From Haliotis rubra (Eukaryota), in contig NW_025766836.1 of assembly GCF_003918875.1 (NCBI RefSeq), positions 744,001-808,000 of the forward strand: 64,000 nucleotides of DNA. The letters run 5' to 3'. The notes under the pieces were generated by a model, which saw only the letters and a program-made list of their open reading frames with translations, did not search any database and was not told the origin of the DNA. Both the position numbers and the translations under genes were made by a program. Positions 13,607 to 27,597 of the stretch are shown in pieces (position 1 is the first letter of the stretch; each line of letters begins with the position of its first letter).

Positions 13607-13760
13607 GTCAACCACAGTAGGTCGTATTATTCCGTCGTGGTCGCGCATATACAAGCGCAAACGATGTGTTTATCAGATGCACGTGATTTGCCACCGGAAT
13701 GGCTGTTTCTTGCGTTAGTTTGTTTTTAGTTTTCATTTCACATTGTTAGCTTGATGTGGG

Positions 13761-14069
13761 CCGCCTCCGTAGTGTAGTGGTTAGAGCGTCCACCCGGGGA
13801 ACAAAAGGTCGGAGGGTCGATTCCCGGCCGCGTCATACCAAAAGACGTTAACCTGGCGCTCGGAATTAATGGGTAAAACAGGGACTGGTCAACTCGGAGT
13901 CAGTATAATTTGTCTGAGTGGGGTATTGATGCTTAACTGCGGCATGGTGTCTCAGTGAGCTAGCACTATAAAACCAGCTTAGTCTGGGCTAGTACAAACA
14001 GTCATGCATGCACGTCGTCATATGAGCGAAATATTCTTAAGTACAGCGTTAAGCCCCATTTCACCTCAT
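13761..14069 (+). mobile_element. SINE family C (tRNA head, Meta-domain-like)
   Basis: GTAGTGGTTAGAGCG / GGTCGATTCCCGGCC A and B boxes; GCGGCATGGTGTCTCAGTGAGCTAGCACTATAAAACCAGC; TSD TTGTTAGCTTGATGTGG(G); second copy at ~53980-54300 (-). Confidence 0.75.
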
Positions 14070-14637
14070 TTGTTAGCTTGATGTGGGAAGGAAACCCCAA
14101 CTGATACACACCTTGGACTCTCATGAAATCCACGAGCACGATAATATCAGTCAACAATCAGGAAACCGAATCAGGGACTACCTGGGGTTCGAACCACGAT
14201 TACAGATTTCATGTTGACCTAAGGGACCCTTTCGAACATAGCGAATGACAGTAACTTAGCCCAAAGGGCACTCATGTGATGGTTTGATCCGTTGTTTTCA
14301 ATGTGAATACCAGCTTTGAACAATGAGTAAGTCAGTGTACATTTATTGTAGATGTTTGCATCTATTGTATGTAATCGGGGTTATCACACTGCACTCGTGT
14401 AGTGGTTCCATCCAGTGGCATCAATGTGAACAATCGCGTTAGACAATGATTAAGTCAGTGTATACAAAACAGAGTTTGAGTAAAGTAAACCGGTGGTTGA
14501 TAGGACGAGCAACAGCCAACGCTGTTGTTACACCCAAGAACACATGGCCAGCATTTCAGTAGGTGTGTCTGCTTCGGAACCCCCGACTAATTTGCTGCAA
14601 ATATTAAGTAGTTAAGAAATATATCATCAGAAACATC

Positions 14638-14812
14638 GGGGCGGTCGGATAGCCTAATGGCTAAAGCGTCTGATCGTCATGTTGAAGACCCGGGTTCGAG
14701 TCTCCATATGTATATAATGTGTGCAGCCCATTTCTGGTGTGCCCAGTCGTGATATTACTGGAATATTATTAAAACATTGTAAAAACTCACTCACTCTCTC
14801 ACTCACACTCAC
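14638..14812 (+). mobile_element. SINE family A
   Basis: Head GGGCGGTCGGATAGCCTAATGG through (ACTC)n tail. Confidence 0.78.
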
Positions 14813-15461
14813 TCCTGGAATAGTCACCTCGGACGTCAAACAAATGTTGCTGGGATTTATTCCAATCCGGAATCAAAACAGCATACACATTCATGCAACG
14901 TTATAGATTTAAATCATTTATTTTCCTCCAAACTTAACAATAGGTAAAACAGAGATTCCGATATAAAAGACAAACAGCATGTTTCAGTTTTTCTTTCGTC
15001 ATATCAGGTTAGGTTATGAAACGGGCTGACATCTTGGTGTCAGCTACATGATATTTGACGTGATTGTAAACAAAAGGCTTGTTTACTTTAGAAAGATACA
15101 CATCAATACTCTACAACAAACCGACACATAAAATAATCATCAGCGAACATTCATAAGCATCTGAGATCAAAGACGTATCAAGGAATCACATAGGAAGAAA
15201 TGACAAAGGCGCAAAATGTCATTTGAAAGGCACAAAATGATATTCTTTGGATGTGATATGGTCTGTAAGATTTTGCATTGTAAATTATACAGACACAATA
15301 ATATTTTGTATTTCAATATTCCCAAGAATTTCAACAAAGGTATTTATTTGTGTGAAATGTTTATGTATTGTATCCGTGATGAGAGATATAGACTTGAGCA
15401 CTTGACAATGAAACCGTAACTTTATCTATTGTCCCCGTTATTCATCCTCGTGGTCCATTGT

Positions 15462-15731
15462 TCATCCTGATTTGAAGAGGAGAACGGCCACCTGTCCCAG
15501 ATAGAAGTAGACGAAGTGCTTGGTCTCGTGGGTGACGTAGCTGCCGAAGTTGCGGCCGACAATACAATGCCATGTGGGGTTGTACTTCTTGTCGAACTCT
15601 TTTTTAATGAATGCAGCAATGTCCTTCTCAATGTTGAACTTCTCCATAGCTTGAGTGGCGCATTCACAAGCGTCCTGCTGCATGTCCTCGCTCATGTCAG
15701 CGTTCTTGATGACGGCTTTTCTCTCAGACAT
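15462..15731 (-). CDS. DYNLL: Dynein light chain LC8 (DLC3)
   Basis: Intact 89-aa LC8 ORF; same acceptor context as DLC2. Confidence 0.97.
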   Translation of the reverse strand: MSERKAVIKNADMSEDMQQDACECATQAMEKFNIEKDIAAFIKKEFDKKYNPTWHCIVGRNFGSYVTHETKHFVYFYLGQVAVLLFKSG

Positions 15732-16049
15732 GGTGTTCTGAAGAAGAAAAACGTTTTCCTGCGAATCAAAAATGTAACTTGCGAACGATTTGAAAACAGA
15801 GTGTGTGATTGGGTTTAGTTTTATGCCTCTTTAAGCAATATTCCAGCAATATGAAGGCGGGGGGACACCAGAAATGGGCTTCACACATTGTACCCACGTG
15901 GAGAATCGAACCCGGATCTTCGGCGTGACGAGCGCTCGCTTTAACCACTAGGCTTCTGCACGATATTTGGATTCTTCTTGTCGTTTTCCATGCGTAAAAT
16001 TGAGAAGGTACAATAACTTCTTTGCCTAGAATTAGTGAAGGCTAGGACG

Positions 16050-19000
16050 GCGGGCTGGTTGAGAACATGAATGGAAGGCGGACTGGTTGAGAACATGAAT
16101 GGAAGGCGGACTGGTTGAGAACATGAATGGAAGGCGGACTGGTTGAGAACATGAATGGAAGGCGGACTGGTTGAGAACATGAATGGAAGGCGGACTGGTT
16201 GAGAACATGAATGGAAGGCGGACTGGTTGAGAACATGAATGGAAGGCGGACTGGTTGGTAACATGAATGGAAGGCGGACTGGTTGGGAACATGGACGGAA
16301 GGCAGATTGGTTGAGAACATGGATGGAAGGCGGACTGGTTGAGAACATGAATGGAAGGCGGACTGGTTGAGAACATGAATGGAAGGCGGACTGGTTGAGA
16401 ACATGAATGGAAGGCGGACTGGTTGAGAACATGAATGGAAGGCGGACTGGTTGAGAACATGAATGGAAGGCGGACTGGTTGGTTGGAACATGAATGGAAG
16501 GCAGACTGGTTGAGAACATGAATGGAAGGCGGACTGGTTGAGAACATGAATGGAAGGCGGACTGGTTGAGAACATGAATGGAAGGCGGACTGGTTGAGAA
16601 CATGAATGGAAGGCGGACTGGTTGAGAACATGAATGGAAGGCGGACTGGTTGAGAACATGAATGGAAGGCGGACTGGTTGAGAACATGAATGGAAGGCGG
16701 ACTGGTTGAGAACATGAATGGAAGGCGGACTGGTTGAGAACATGAATGGAAGGCGGACTGGTTGAGAACATGAATGGAAGGCAGACTGGTTGAGAACATG
16801 AATGGAAGGCGGACTGGTTGAGAACATGAATGGAAGGCGGACTGGTTGAGAACATGAATGGAAGGCGGACTGGTTGAGAACATGAATGGAAGGCGGACTG
16901 GTTGAGAACATGAATGGAAGGCGGACTGGTTGAGAACATGAATGGAAGGCGGACTGGTTGAGAACATGAATGGAAGGCGGACTGGTTGAGAACATGAATG
17001 GAAGGCGGACTGGTTGAGAACATGAATGGAAGGCGGACTGGTTGAGAACATGAATGGAAGGCGGACTGGTTGAGAACATGAATGGAAGGCGGACTGGTTG
17101 AGAACATGAATGGAAGGCGGACTGGTTGGTAACATGAATGGAAGGCGGACTGGTTGAGAACATGAATGGAAGGCGGACTGGTTGGTAACATGAATGGAAG
17201 GCGGACTGGTTGAGAACATGAATGGAAGGCGGACTGGTTGGTAACATGAATGGAAGGCGGACTGGTTGAGAACATGGATGGAAGGCGGACTGGTTGAGAA
17301 CATGAATGGAAGGCGGACTGGTTGAGAACATGAATGGAAGGCGGACTGGTTGGTAACATGAATGGAAGGCGGACTGGTTGAGAACATGAATGGAAGGCGG
17401 ACTGGTTGGGAACATGAATGGAAGGCGGACTGGTTGAGAACATGAATGGAAGGCGGACTGGTTGAGAACATGAATGGAAGGCGGACTGGTTGAGAACATG
17501 AATGGATGGCGGACTGGTTGAGAACATGAATGGCAGGCGGACTGGTTGAGAACATGAATGGAAGGCGGACTGGTTGAGAACATGAATGGAAGGCGGACTG
17601 GTTGAGAACATGAATGGAAGGCGGACTGGTTGAGAACATGAATGGAAGGCGGACTGGTTGGTAACATGAATGGAAGGCGGACTGGTTGAGAACATGAATG
17701 GAAGGCGGACTGGTTGAGAACATGAATGGAAGGCAGACTGGTTGAGAACATGAATGGAAGGCGGACTGGTTGGGAACATGAATGGAAGGCAGACTGGTTG
17801 GTAACATGAATGGAAGGCGGATTGGTTGGGAACATGGAATGGAAGGCAGACTGGTTGGGAACATGAATGGAAGGCAGACTGGTTGAGAACATGGATGGAA
17901 GGCAGATTGGTTGGGAACATGGATGGAAGGCGGACTGGTTGGGAACATGGATGGAAGGCAGATTGGTTGAGAACATGAATGGAAGGCAGACTGGTTGAGA
18001 ACATGGATGGAAGGCAGACTGGTTGAGAACATGGATGGAAGGCGGACTGGTTGAGAACATGGATGGAAGGCATATGGATGGAAGGCAGATTGGTTGGGAA
18101 CATGGATGGAAGGCAGACTGGTTGGAGAACATGGATGGAAGGCAGATTGGTTGGAACATGAATGGAAGGCAGACTGGTTGAGAACATGGATGGAAGGCAG
18201 ACTGGTTGAGAACATGGATGGAAGGCGGACTGGTTGAGAACATGAATGGAAGGCAGGATTGGTTGGAGAACATGGATGGAAGGCAGATTGGTTGAGAACA
18301 TGGATGGAAGGCAGACTGGTTGGAACATGGAATGGAAGGCAGACTGGTTGAGAACATGAATGGAAGGCAGACTGGTTGAGAACATGGAATGGAAGGCAGA
18401 TTGGTTGAGAACATGAATGGAAGGCAGACTGGTTGGAACATGAATGGAAGGCAGATTGGTTGGGAACATGGATGGAAGGCGGACTGGTTGAGAACATGAA
18501 TGGAAGGCGGACTGGTTGAGAACATGAATGGAAGGCGGACTGGTTGAGAACATGAATGGAAGGCGGACTGGTTGGGAACATGAATGGAAGGCGGACTGGT
18601 TGAGAACATGAATGGAAGGCGGACTGGTTGAGAACATGAATGGAAGGCGGACTGGTTGAGAACATGAATGGAAGGCGGACTGGTTGAGAACATGAATGGA
18701 AGGCGGACTGGTTGAGAACATGAATGGAAGGCGGACTGGTTGAGAACATGAATGGAAGGCATGGAAGGCAGGTTGGTTGAGAACATGGATGGAAGGCGGA
18801 CTGGTTGAGAACATGAATGGAAGGCGGACTGGTTGGTAACATGGATGGAAAGCGGATTGGTTGGGAACATGGACGGAAGGCAGATTGGTTTGGGAACATG
18901 TTAGGTAGGCAGATTGGTTTGGGAACATGTTAGGTAGGCAGATTGGTTGGGAACATGGATGGAAGGCAGATTGGTGTGGGAACATGTTAGGTAGGCAGAT

Positions 19001-19650
19001 CGGTTGTGAACATGGATGGAAGGCAGATTGGTTTTGGAACATGTTAGGTAGGCAGATTGGTTGTGAACGTGCTTTGAAGGCAGATTGGTTTGAGAACATG
19101 GAAGGAAGGCAGATTGGATTGGAACGTGGACGGAAGGCAGATTGGATTGGAACATGAATAAAAGGCAGATTGGTTGGGAACAATGATGGAAGGCAGACTG
19201 GATTGGAACGTGGATGGAAGGCAGATTGGATTGGAACATGAATAAAATGCAGATTGGTTTGAGAACATGGAAGGAAGGCAGATTAGTTGGGAACGTGGAT
19301 GGAAGGCAGATTGGATTGGAACGTGGATGGAAGGCAGATTGGTTGGGGACGTGGATGGAAGGCAGATTGGATTGGAACGTTGATGGAAGGCAGATTGGTT
19401 GGGAACATGGATGGAAGGCAGATTGGTTAGGAACATGGATGGAAGGCAGAGCTTGATTGGGAACATGGATGGAAGGCAGATTGGTTGGGAACGTGGATGG
19501 AAGGAAGATTGGTTGGGAACGTGGATGGAAGGCAGATTGGTTGGGAACATGAATAAAAGGCAGATTGGTTCGGAACGTGCTTTGAAGGCAGATTGTATGC
19601 GAATTGTATGCGAATATGTATGGAAGGCAGATTGGATGAAAACATGGAAA
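16050..19650. repeat. 3.6-kb 28-bp minisatellite (GAACATGAATGGAAGGCGGACTGGTTGA)n in DLC3 intron
   Basis: Near-perfect units 16050-17800, more diverged toward 19650; same family as 8390-9003. Confidence 0.96.
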
Positions 19651-20840
19651 GAGTGAGTGAGAAAGGTTTTACTCCGCTTTTAGCAATATTCCAGCAATAT
19701 CACGGCGGGGAACATGTGGGGAATCAGAACCGAGTTTTTGGCGTGGCCAGAGAACGCTCAAACAACTACGCTACCCCACCGCCCACGTGTATATGTTGAA
19801 GGATATTATTCCCCTTCAGATTCATTCCACTGAGAGTAATATCCACGATAAAATTCAGTTGAATATGTTACCATAGATGATATCTCCACAGGTATATTTC
19901 TGGAATATTTTCTCAAAACAATTTTTATGAATCATCTTTCCTCCGTAAATAATTCATCTCCGGAAACATTAATCGTTCACATATATTACCCATGTAATCT
20001 TACTTTGAGAGCCTATAGCCAATCCTTAACATAAGCAGATATGGTCGATTCCAACGAAGAGTGTACACAGCTGGGTACAAGGTGTCCAAAATAGAATTGC
20101 TTGCACCTTGTAATTTCTTTTACCAATGTAAAGTCAACACATTTGCCCCTTATGACAATCAGTTGCTATCACTAATCTCTAAAAGTGACAAGTTGGTGGA
20201 TCAGTGAAGTTGAAGGCTCATTTTCTAAATTACCTACAAATACCAACATCATACGTTGTATATCTTGTGATTAGATGGGTTATATGTTGCCTAACATCCA
20301 AATTCACTGTTGTTCTGCATGCACAATATGTTAATGAATATAGAAACTCTGAAGCCATACCATGGTTTCTTTCATGTTTTATAACCTCAAGCTTTACGAA
20401 AATAGAACCATTTTGGTACCTTTGTTTGATGTAAGTGAGATAGCACCACTTAGTGTTCTTTTCACAAACAAATCGTTATTACATATCTATCTTATTCATC
20501 TGAGAGACAACGAGTGGAACGTTTGGTAAGTACAACAAATTTGAAAATGCATCAATATCTAAAGTTTGGGTGGAAGATAAAAAAATTTACTTGTAGGTAA
20601 CAAATATCACGTAATTCCTTGTATTTCATAAATGTTTATATATGTAAAACTAAATCGTAGCTGGTTTATTAAAAACATCGAACAGTTTGGAAATTGTTTT
20701 CTAAATGCATAGGACATGTGAATGAAGATTGTTCACAACCAGTTTAAGGCTTTCTCTTTGTTTTGTCTCAGTGTAGCAATGTCATTTTAACTGATGGAAA
20801 TATACTTCTCATAAAAAGTTTAGACTCACTAGAAACACTC

Positions 20841-20978
20841 NNNNNNNNNNNNNNNNNNNNNNNNNNNNNNNNNNNNNNNNNNNNNNNNNNNNNNNNNNNN
20901 NNNNNNNNNNNNNNNNNNNNNNNNNNNNNNNNNNNNNNNNNNNNNNNNNNNNNNNNNNNNNNNNNNNNNNNNNNNNNN
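20841..20978. other. Assembly gap
   Basis: Run of N; CACTAGAAACACTC on both sides. Confidence 0.99.
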
Positions 20979-21732
20979 AGAGTACACTAGAAACACTCAC
21001 TATATGTTATGTGTGTGTGTGTGTGTATGTATATGTATGGTCACATCAAAGATTGATTTCTCCACTAACTTGGAGGAACCAACTGCAAACCTTATCCAGA
21101 TGAATTGCACGAGGAACATGCATCAAATTGCTGAAAAGCATGTACAAATATCGTACATGTGAACAGCTGCGTTTTGGTGTAATGATTTTTATCATTTATT
21201 GAACTCATAACAATAATCTTTTCAACATTGCGAATTTGTTTTACAATACATGAGTCCATGTGCAAAATTTAGTTTAAAACAGTCGCCTGAAGTAAGTGGC
21301 TATATTTACACTAGTGAGTCTAAACTGTTGATGAGAAGTATAGAAATTGAACTAAAGTCATTACATCTGAAATGTTATTTGCCAAATGTTTCAACTAACA
21401 TTTGTATTCAAAGAAAGCACATCACAAATGTTCAAAACGCTTGAACTATTACCATATACCATATAAAATTATGTACAGATAAACATGTCACTAAAACCAT
21501 CAATACATTATACGTCTTACTGAACTTTAACTCTGCTTTAATTACCCATATTTTGCAATGACAATTGCTATTAGATAGACATTTACAGAAAGGTTTAACT
21601 ACAAAAACGAGTTACCTACGAATAAGACATACCTTTGACAAATCTAATTACTAAACCTATGCAACTTACTTCTACTACAGTCTCAATTCTCCTATGTTCG
21701 CAAGTGCATCGGTGACAGCCCTGAACAAGACA

Positions 21733-22193
21733 TACAATTTCAAACACACTGACTGATGTTACAACTTCAAACACACTGACTGATGTTACAACTTCAAACA
21801 CACTGACTGATGTTACAATTTCAAACACACTGACTGATGTTACAATTTCAAACACACTGACTGATGTTACAACTTCAAAAACACTGACTGATGTTACAAC
21901 TTCAAACACACTGACTGATGTTACAACTTCAAACACACTGACTGATGTTACAACTTCAAACACACTGACTGATGTTACAACTTCAAACACACTGACTGAT
22001 GTTACAACTTCAAACACACTGACTGATGTTACAACTTCAAACACACTGACTGATGTTACAACTTCAAACACACTGACTGATGTTACAACTTCAAACACAC
22101 TGACTGATGTTACAACTTCAAACACACTGACTGATGTTACAACTTCAAACACACTGACTGATGTTACAACTTCAAACACACTGACTGATGTTA
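21733..22193. repeat. 27-bp minisatellite (ACAACTTCAAACACACTGACTGATGTT)n, ~17 copies
   Basis: Near-perfect tandem units inside the TIR element. Confidence 0.95.
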
Positions 22194-23489
22194 CCTACAA
22201 GTACGGAATGTTACCAACGAATACACATGTTACATACGAATCTACCGTTTATCCCGTGATATCATGCAAACTTTTACTTTTATCACCAAGATCAACTTGT
22301 TTTCTGACATTTCAATCAAAAAGAATTCATTATATATCACTATAATAAGGTCTAAACCACGAACTGCAGTGCATCCCTGAATAGAACATTAATATTCGTG
22401 CAGAAAATGTAAAATACACTTACTAATTACCAATATGTTGTCTGGTCTCATCTATGATGACTTCCAAATGGAACACATGTCACGTGTTGTCATTCCACCA
22501 ATCTATTTTAATGTGATCAATTGTTGGTACTTTTGGGAGTTAAAATTTACTTACGAATACAGGTTATTTTGTGTGATATCTTCGTAAACACAGCACAGAA
22601 AATGTTCAGATGTAGCACACGTATATATTGAGGCCCTTTGCACTTGAACTTCGGATATCATTCACTAATGTGTTCATTTGTGGAAACAGCAACATATTCA
22701 ATGGTATTTGTAGGTAACCTGATTTTTTTTACCAAATCAGACTTTGATTTTCTAACATTTTTTCAGATTAAGAAATATTATGTAACGCCATTGCATTTGA
22801 GTACTTTACATATTAATGCTGTAAAAAGTAATACAAAACATAACCTTGTGTTGCATTCACATAAATTGACAGAGTCATTGAAAACTGTATTCGTAGGTAA
22901 CGCAAAAAAATACCACTTGAAAACAAATTACCAAAATTACGAATTAAACCCTAGACAAAATCATTTCAGGGGATTTATTCATGAAATATTTGGCAATCAG
23001 ATTACGTTGTTCACTTTTCGTTGGAATCGACCATATATGGTTGTATGTGCACTTTAAACAATTTCCAATAAAACATACTATAACTCCGACAACCGGCTTC
23101 ACATAAGGAAATCGTCCGGAACGACCTCTGGCGTGACATTACCTAAACTACCATGTATATGATTTTCCCTTCCGCCCAACCCTCTCTGCAATGCAAAAAG
23201 CTCTAATGAAACGACTTTGGATTTGCCTCCGGTTTTGAATCTCCTATATCATTCGGGATACTTTTCAGTTTAGATTGAGTCAGATCTATTTGTTTCTATC
23301 AAAATTACATATTTTCAGCGAATGAGCATTTAGACATCATTGAGGCAGACATGGACAGTAGCACAACAGTGATAGGCGTGACGGTAAATATAATATAAGC
23401 TCGATAGAACTAGAAATCTATATTACAACATTGATTCAACATTTCAGTCTAAATGTGTTTATATACGAATGTGGGGACAGTTTAGTACA

Positions 23490-23715
23490 CTTACCTGACT
23501 TGTGTGAAAAATCCAATGAAAATCTCCGGATAACTGGCAAGTTGTGATATCGAAACCAAATTATTTCATTTCGATGTTAATTTTTGTTACATATCGTCCC
23601 ATAACAACTGTACCACGCTATGATTAGACATTCCATTGGTTAAATACTGCAGTTTGACTGGCTGAGTCGAGTGTTTACTGTAGGAGGTTTTAACTTCCCG
23701 GCATGCAAAACGCGC
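23490..23715 (-). promoter_or_regulatory. DLC3 exon 1 donor and promoter module
   Basis: Donor CAG|GTAAGTG at 23494; GTCCCATAACAAC 23596-23608; ATTGG 23635; TTCCCGGCATGC 23695. Confidence 0.75.
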
Positions 23716-24317
23716 GCATCCCCAAACTCATTCATGACAACCAGCGAGCTCTATGCAGGTAATAGACTACGACGAATAATTATGTGTATGATGCATACAA
23801 TTTCGAGTTTAGTCGGCGTGTTGCGTGTCACAGCACATATGTTGAACGCTTGAATGATCCCGGAACTCAATTCAGAATAAGCTGTGCGAAGCTGAACTGT
23901 TTTACAATATAGGATGTAGTTGATATTCACCGAAAATGATATACCTGCTACATAACTGTGATACGAGAGTTAGCTGGCGCGGCAGTTAGATAATAGTAGG
24001 CCAGGTGTTTCGGTCATTAGCAATGCTTGTTTTCAGTGTAGGTATTTCTTTCTCGTTTGGGGCACAAACGGAATTACACACGCTTGTAAACGATGTGTTA
24101 TATATCCTCGTCATGCTCCTTCCTAACTGCCGTGATACTGCTGGAATATTGTTAAAAGCGGCGCAATACTAAACTCACTCAGTCCTAACGTGAACTGACA
24201 AGAATCCATTATTCGCTATGCTTTGAAATTGCACTGGTTCATCACAATGAATAAGTGAATGGTTGTGTAACCGCTTTGAAATGTATTCCGGTTATACGGC
24301 GCGTCCTCTTAATGTTA

Positions 24318-24524
24318 NNNNNNNNNNNNNNNNNNNNNNNNNNNNNNNNNNNNNNNNNNNNNNNNNNNNNNNNNNNNNNNNNNNNNNNNNNNNNNNNNNN
24401 NNNNNNNNNNNNNNNNNNNNNNNNNNNNNNNNNNNNNNNNNNNNNNNNNNNNNNNNNNNNNNNNNNNNNNNNNNNNNNNNNNNNNNNNNNNNNNNNNNNN
24501 NNNNNNNNNNNNNNNNNNNNNNNN
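24318..24524. other. Assembly gap
   Basis: Run of N at the DLC3/DLC4 unit junction. Confidence 0.99.
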
Positions 24525-25347
24525 ATTCTGAAAGGGAGTCTGTGCTTCTTGCCGCACTCCAGCATCCACGCCTTGTAATGTAAGTAACCGAGCATGGACT
24601 AGACGATCCAGTGATATGTGTTGGGTCAACAGGGTGCAAGATCACCAAACGCATCTTTGACAATAAAAGTCGCCTCGGGCGTCAAACAAATATTGCTGGG
24701 ATGTTGCTGGGATTCATTCTAATCCGGAATCAAAGCAATGGACATATTTTATGAAAAGTTACTGGAACAGAATACACATTCATGCAAAGTTAGATTTAAA
24801 TTATTTATTTTCCCCAAAACTTAACAATAGGTAAAACTGAGATTGTAACATGAACGATAAACAACTTATTTCAATATTTTCTTTTGACATATCTTGTTAG
24901 GATTTGAAACGGGTTGACGTCTTGGTGTCAGCTAAATGGTGTTTGACCTGATTTTAAACAGAAGGTTTATTTACTTTAGAACGATACACATCAATACTTT
25001 ACAACAAAACGACAAACAAACTGATCATCTGTGAACATTCATAAAAGTCTGAGATCAAAGACGTATCAAGGGATCAGATAGGAAGATAAGACAAAGGTGC
25101 AAAATGTCATTTAAAAGGCACAAAGTATTATTTTCATTGGATGTGATATGGTCTGTAAAATTTTGCATTGTTCACTTATACAGAGAAAATAATATTTTGT
25201 ATTTCAATATTCCCAAGAATTTCAACAAAGGTATTTATTTGTGTGAAATATTTATGCATTATATCCTAGATGGGAGATATGGACTTGAGGACTTGGCAGC
25301 CGTAATGTTATCTATTGGTTTCATAATCCATCTTCATGGTTCATTGT

Positions 25348-25617
25348 TCAAACTGATTTGAAGAGGAGAACGGCCACCTGTCCCAGATAGAAATGGATGA
25401 AGTGCTTGGTCTCGTGGGTGACGTAGCTGCCAAAGTTGCGGCCGACAATACAATGCCATGTGGGGTTGTACTTCTTGTCGAACTCCTTCTTGATGTATGC
25501 AGCGATGTCCTTCTCAATGCTGTACTTCTCCAAAGCTTGAGTGGCGCTATCAATAGCGTCCTGCTGCATGTCCTCGCTCATGTCAGCCTTCGTGATGGCG
25601 GCTTTTCTCTCAGACAT
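25348..25617 (-). CDS. DYNLL: Dynein light chain LC8, divergent paralog (DLC4)
   Basis: Intact 89-aa ORF with V7A, K9T, N10K, N33S, Y75H, G89V relative to canonical LC8; acceptor TTCTTCTTCAG 6 nt upstream of ATG. Confidence 0.96.
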   Translation of the reverse strand: MSERKAAITKADMSEDMQQDAIDSATQALEKYSIEKDIAAYIKKEFDKKYNPTWHCIVGRNFGSYVTHETKHFIHFYLGQVAVLLFKSV

Positions 25618-27597
25618 GGTCTCCTGAAGAAGAAAAACATTTTCTCCGAATCAAAATGCAGCTTGCGTCCAATTTGTAAACCGAGGAGTGGGTGAGTGAG
25701 TGAGTTTAGTTTTACGCCGCTTCCAGCAATATTCCAGCAACATCACGGCGGAGACACAAGAAATGTGTTTCACACATTGTACCCATTTGGGGAATCGACC
25801 CTGGCATGACGAGTGAACGCTTTAACCACTAAAGTACTGTCGGAAATACAAAAATACTTAGGTTTTTTAGCTGTTACTCTGTATCCCTAACATTCACACA
25901 ATTACAAATAGCCTATGTCGAAATAACCCACATCGACCTTACAGTCGATTTCAGCTTTAGTTTAAAGACTAAGCACACAGTTTTATTGAAATGTCCACAA
26001 ACATATTCGAGATCCCTGCCCCTTTTTTATGTTCCGTAACACATATGGTTCACTGGATGAACTACCTGTACGTCTCTCACTTTCAGATTAAGATTCTTCA
26101 GTGTTTTTACTGGTGAGATGCAATCAATTATAATCACACTATAATCGGTGATCAGTAAACACACCAAGACAGTCTAATTGCAGTTTCACAACTGAGCTTG
26201 ACGCTAAACCTCGCGGCAATATCCGTTTTCGATTGTCGTCTTTTGTGACAAGCAGAAAATGTTGAGGACCAAATCTAACCCGGAATCCACACGGGTGAAG
26301 TTATCAGGTACATGTATATGTTCGTGAGTGAGTGAGTTTAGCTTTAGCAATATTCCAGCAATATCGCGCCGGAGACACCAGAAATGGGCTTCACACATTG
26401 TACACATGTGGGAATCGAACCTGGGTCTTTGGCGTGATGAGAGAAGGCTTTAACCACTAGGCTAACCCACCGCCCTGCATGTATACGTTAAAGGATATTA
26501 TTCCCCCTTCAGATTCTTTTCATGGACGGTAATATCCATGTTAATTTTCCAGTTGAATATGGTACCACAGATCATAGTTCCACAGGTGTACTTCTGGAAT
26601 ATTTTCTCATAAACATTCTCATGAATGATCTTTCCTCCGTGAACTAGTTCACCCGGAAACATTAATCGTTAACATGTATTACCCCAGAAGGTTCCCTTAT
26701 TATGAGAGCCTATAACGAACCTTAGACATAAGTGGATATGGTTGTAAAGTGCACAATTTCCAACAAATTGTTATAATTCCTACAACTGGTTTCACATAAG
26801 GAAATCGTATGGAGCTACCGCTTTCGTGACAAGCGAACACTTTGACCAGGCAAGGATTTACAAATGATTGCCAGCAGAGTCCAATAAAATGAGCACTGGG
26901 ACCTGTGTTCGTTCGTTCGTTTGTTTGCACGCACGCATCAATAGGCAAGCTATATAGGACCGCCGTCTGTGAAGATTTCAGCCTAGACCAGACAATCTGT
27001 AATAAGTGATCTGGTTGACTTTACGTCATAACTGAATCACTGGCTTGCCTGGTTCATTCTACATTATTTATGGACTAACTCGATGAATCATGAATGTTAC
27101 TGAGGTTTACAAACCGTTCCTAACCACAGCGATATCCCGATACTGCGGACCAATTCTGTTTGTGAGTGCGTGAGTGCGTGAGTGTGTTAAGAGTTTAACT
27201 CACATCAGCAGTATTTCAGCTATATGGTGACTGATTCTATTTGTACCAGGCGACGCAGATCTATTACAGACAAGAACAAAACAATCATACAGAAAAGGAT
27301 CAATATAAACAGTCAGAGGTGCCTTTGTTTTCATATAAATATGTAAAGGCTTTTTCATTCAAACAAAATGAAAGTCATGGTTGAGACGAATACCAGTTCT
27401 GCAAAACTGTTTAGGTGTGTCTCCGCCATTACTATCCGGGTCAATATAGATACCGGTAGAGTCAGTTAGAAAACTAGATTAACCGATGATCAGTTTGGTT
27501 AGGCCACAAGTTGTTGTTCATTGTTCGTCAGATTGTTTAGTTCAAACTGAGTATTTTCGAATACGTGGCATATTCACCTACAATCTATCCATTTTGT

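Larger units (their letters stand above)
20043..23032. mobile_element. TIR DNA element (~3 kb incl. gap) inserted in DLC3 intron
   Basis: TIR GGTCGATTCCAACGAAGAGTG / CACTTTTCGTTGGAATCGACC; AT or ATAT flanks; empty site in DLC4/5. Confidence 0.8.

Noticed and set aside
15941-19239. 940-1080 aa ORFs
   Set aside because: 28-bp satellite open in all three minus frames and lying inside the DLC3 intron
21616-22193. CRISPR-like array or FEVVTSVSV repeat protein
   Set aside because: Contiguous 27-bp units with no unique spacers, no cas genes, eukaryotic context
25348-25362. New C-terminal KSV as a PDZ-binding motif
   Set aside because: Class I motifs need S/T at -2; here -2 is Lys
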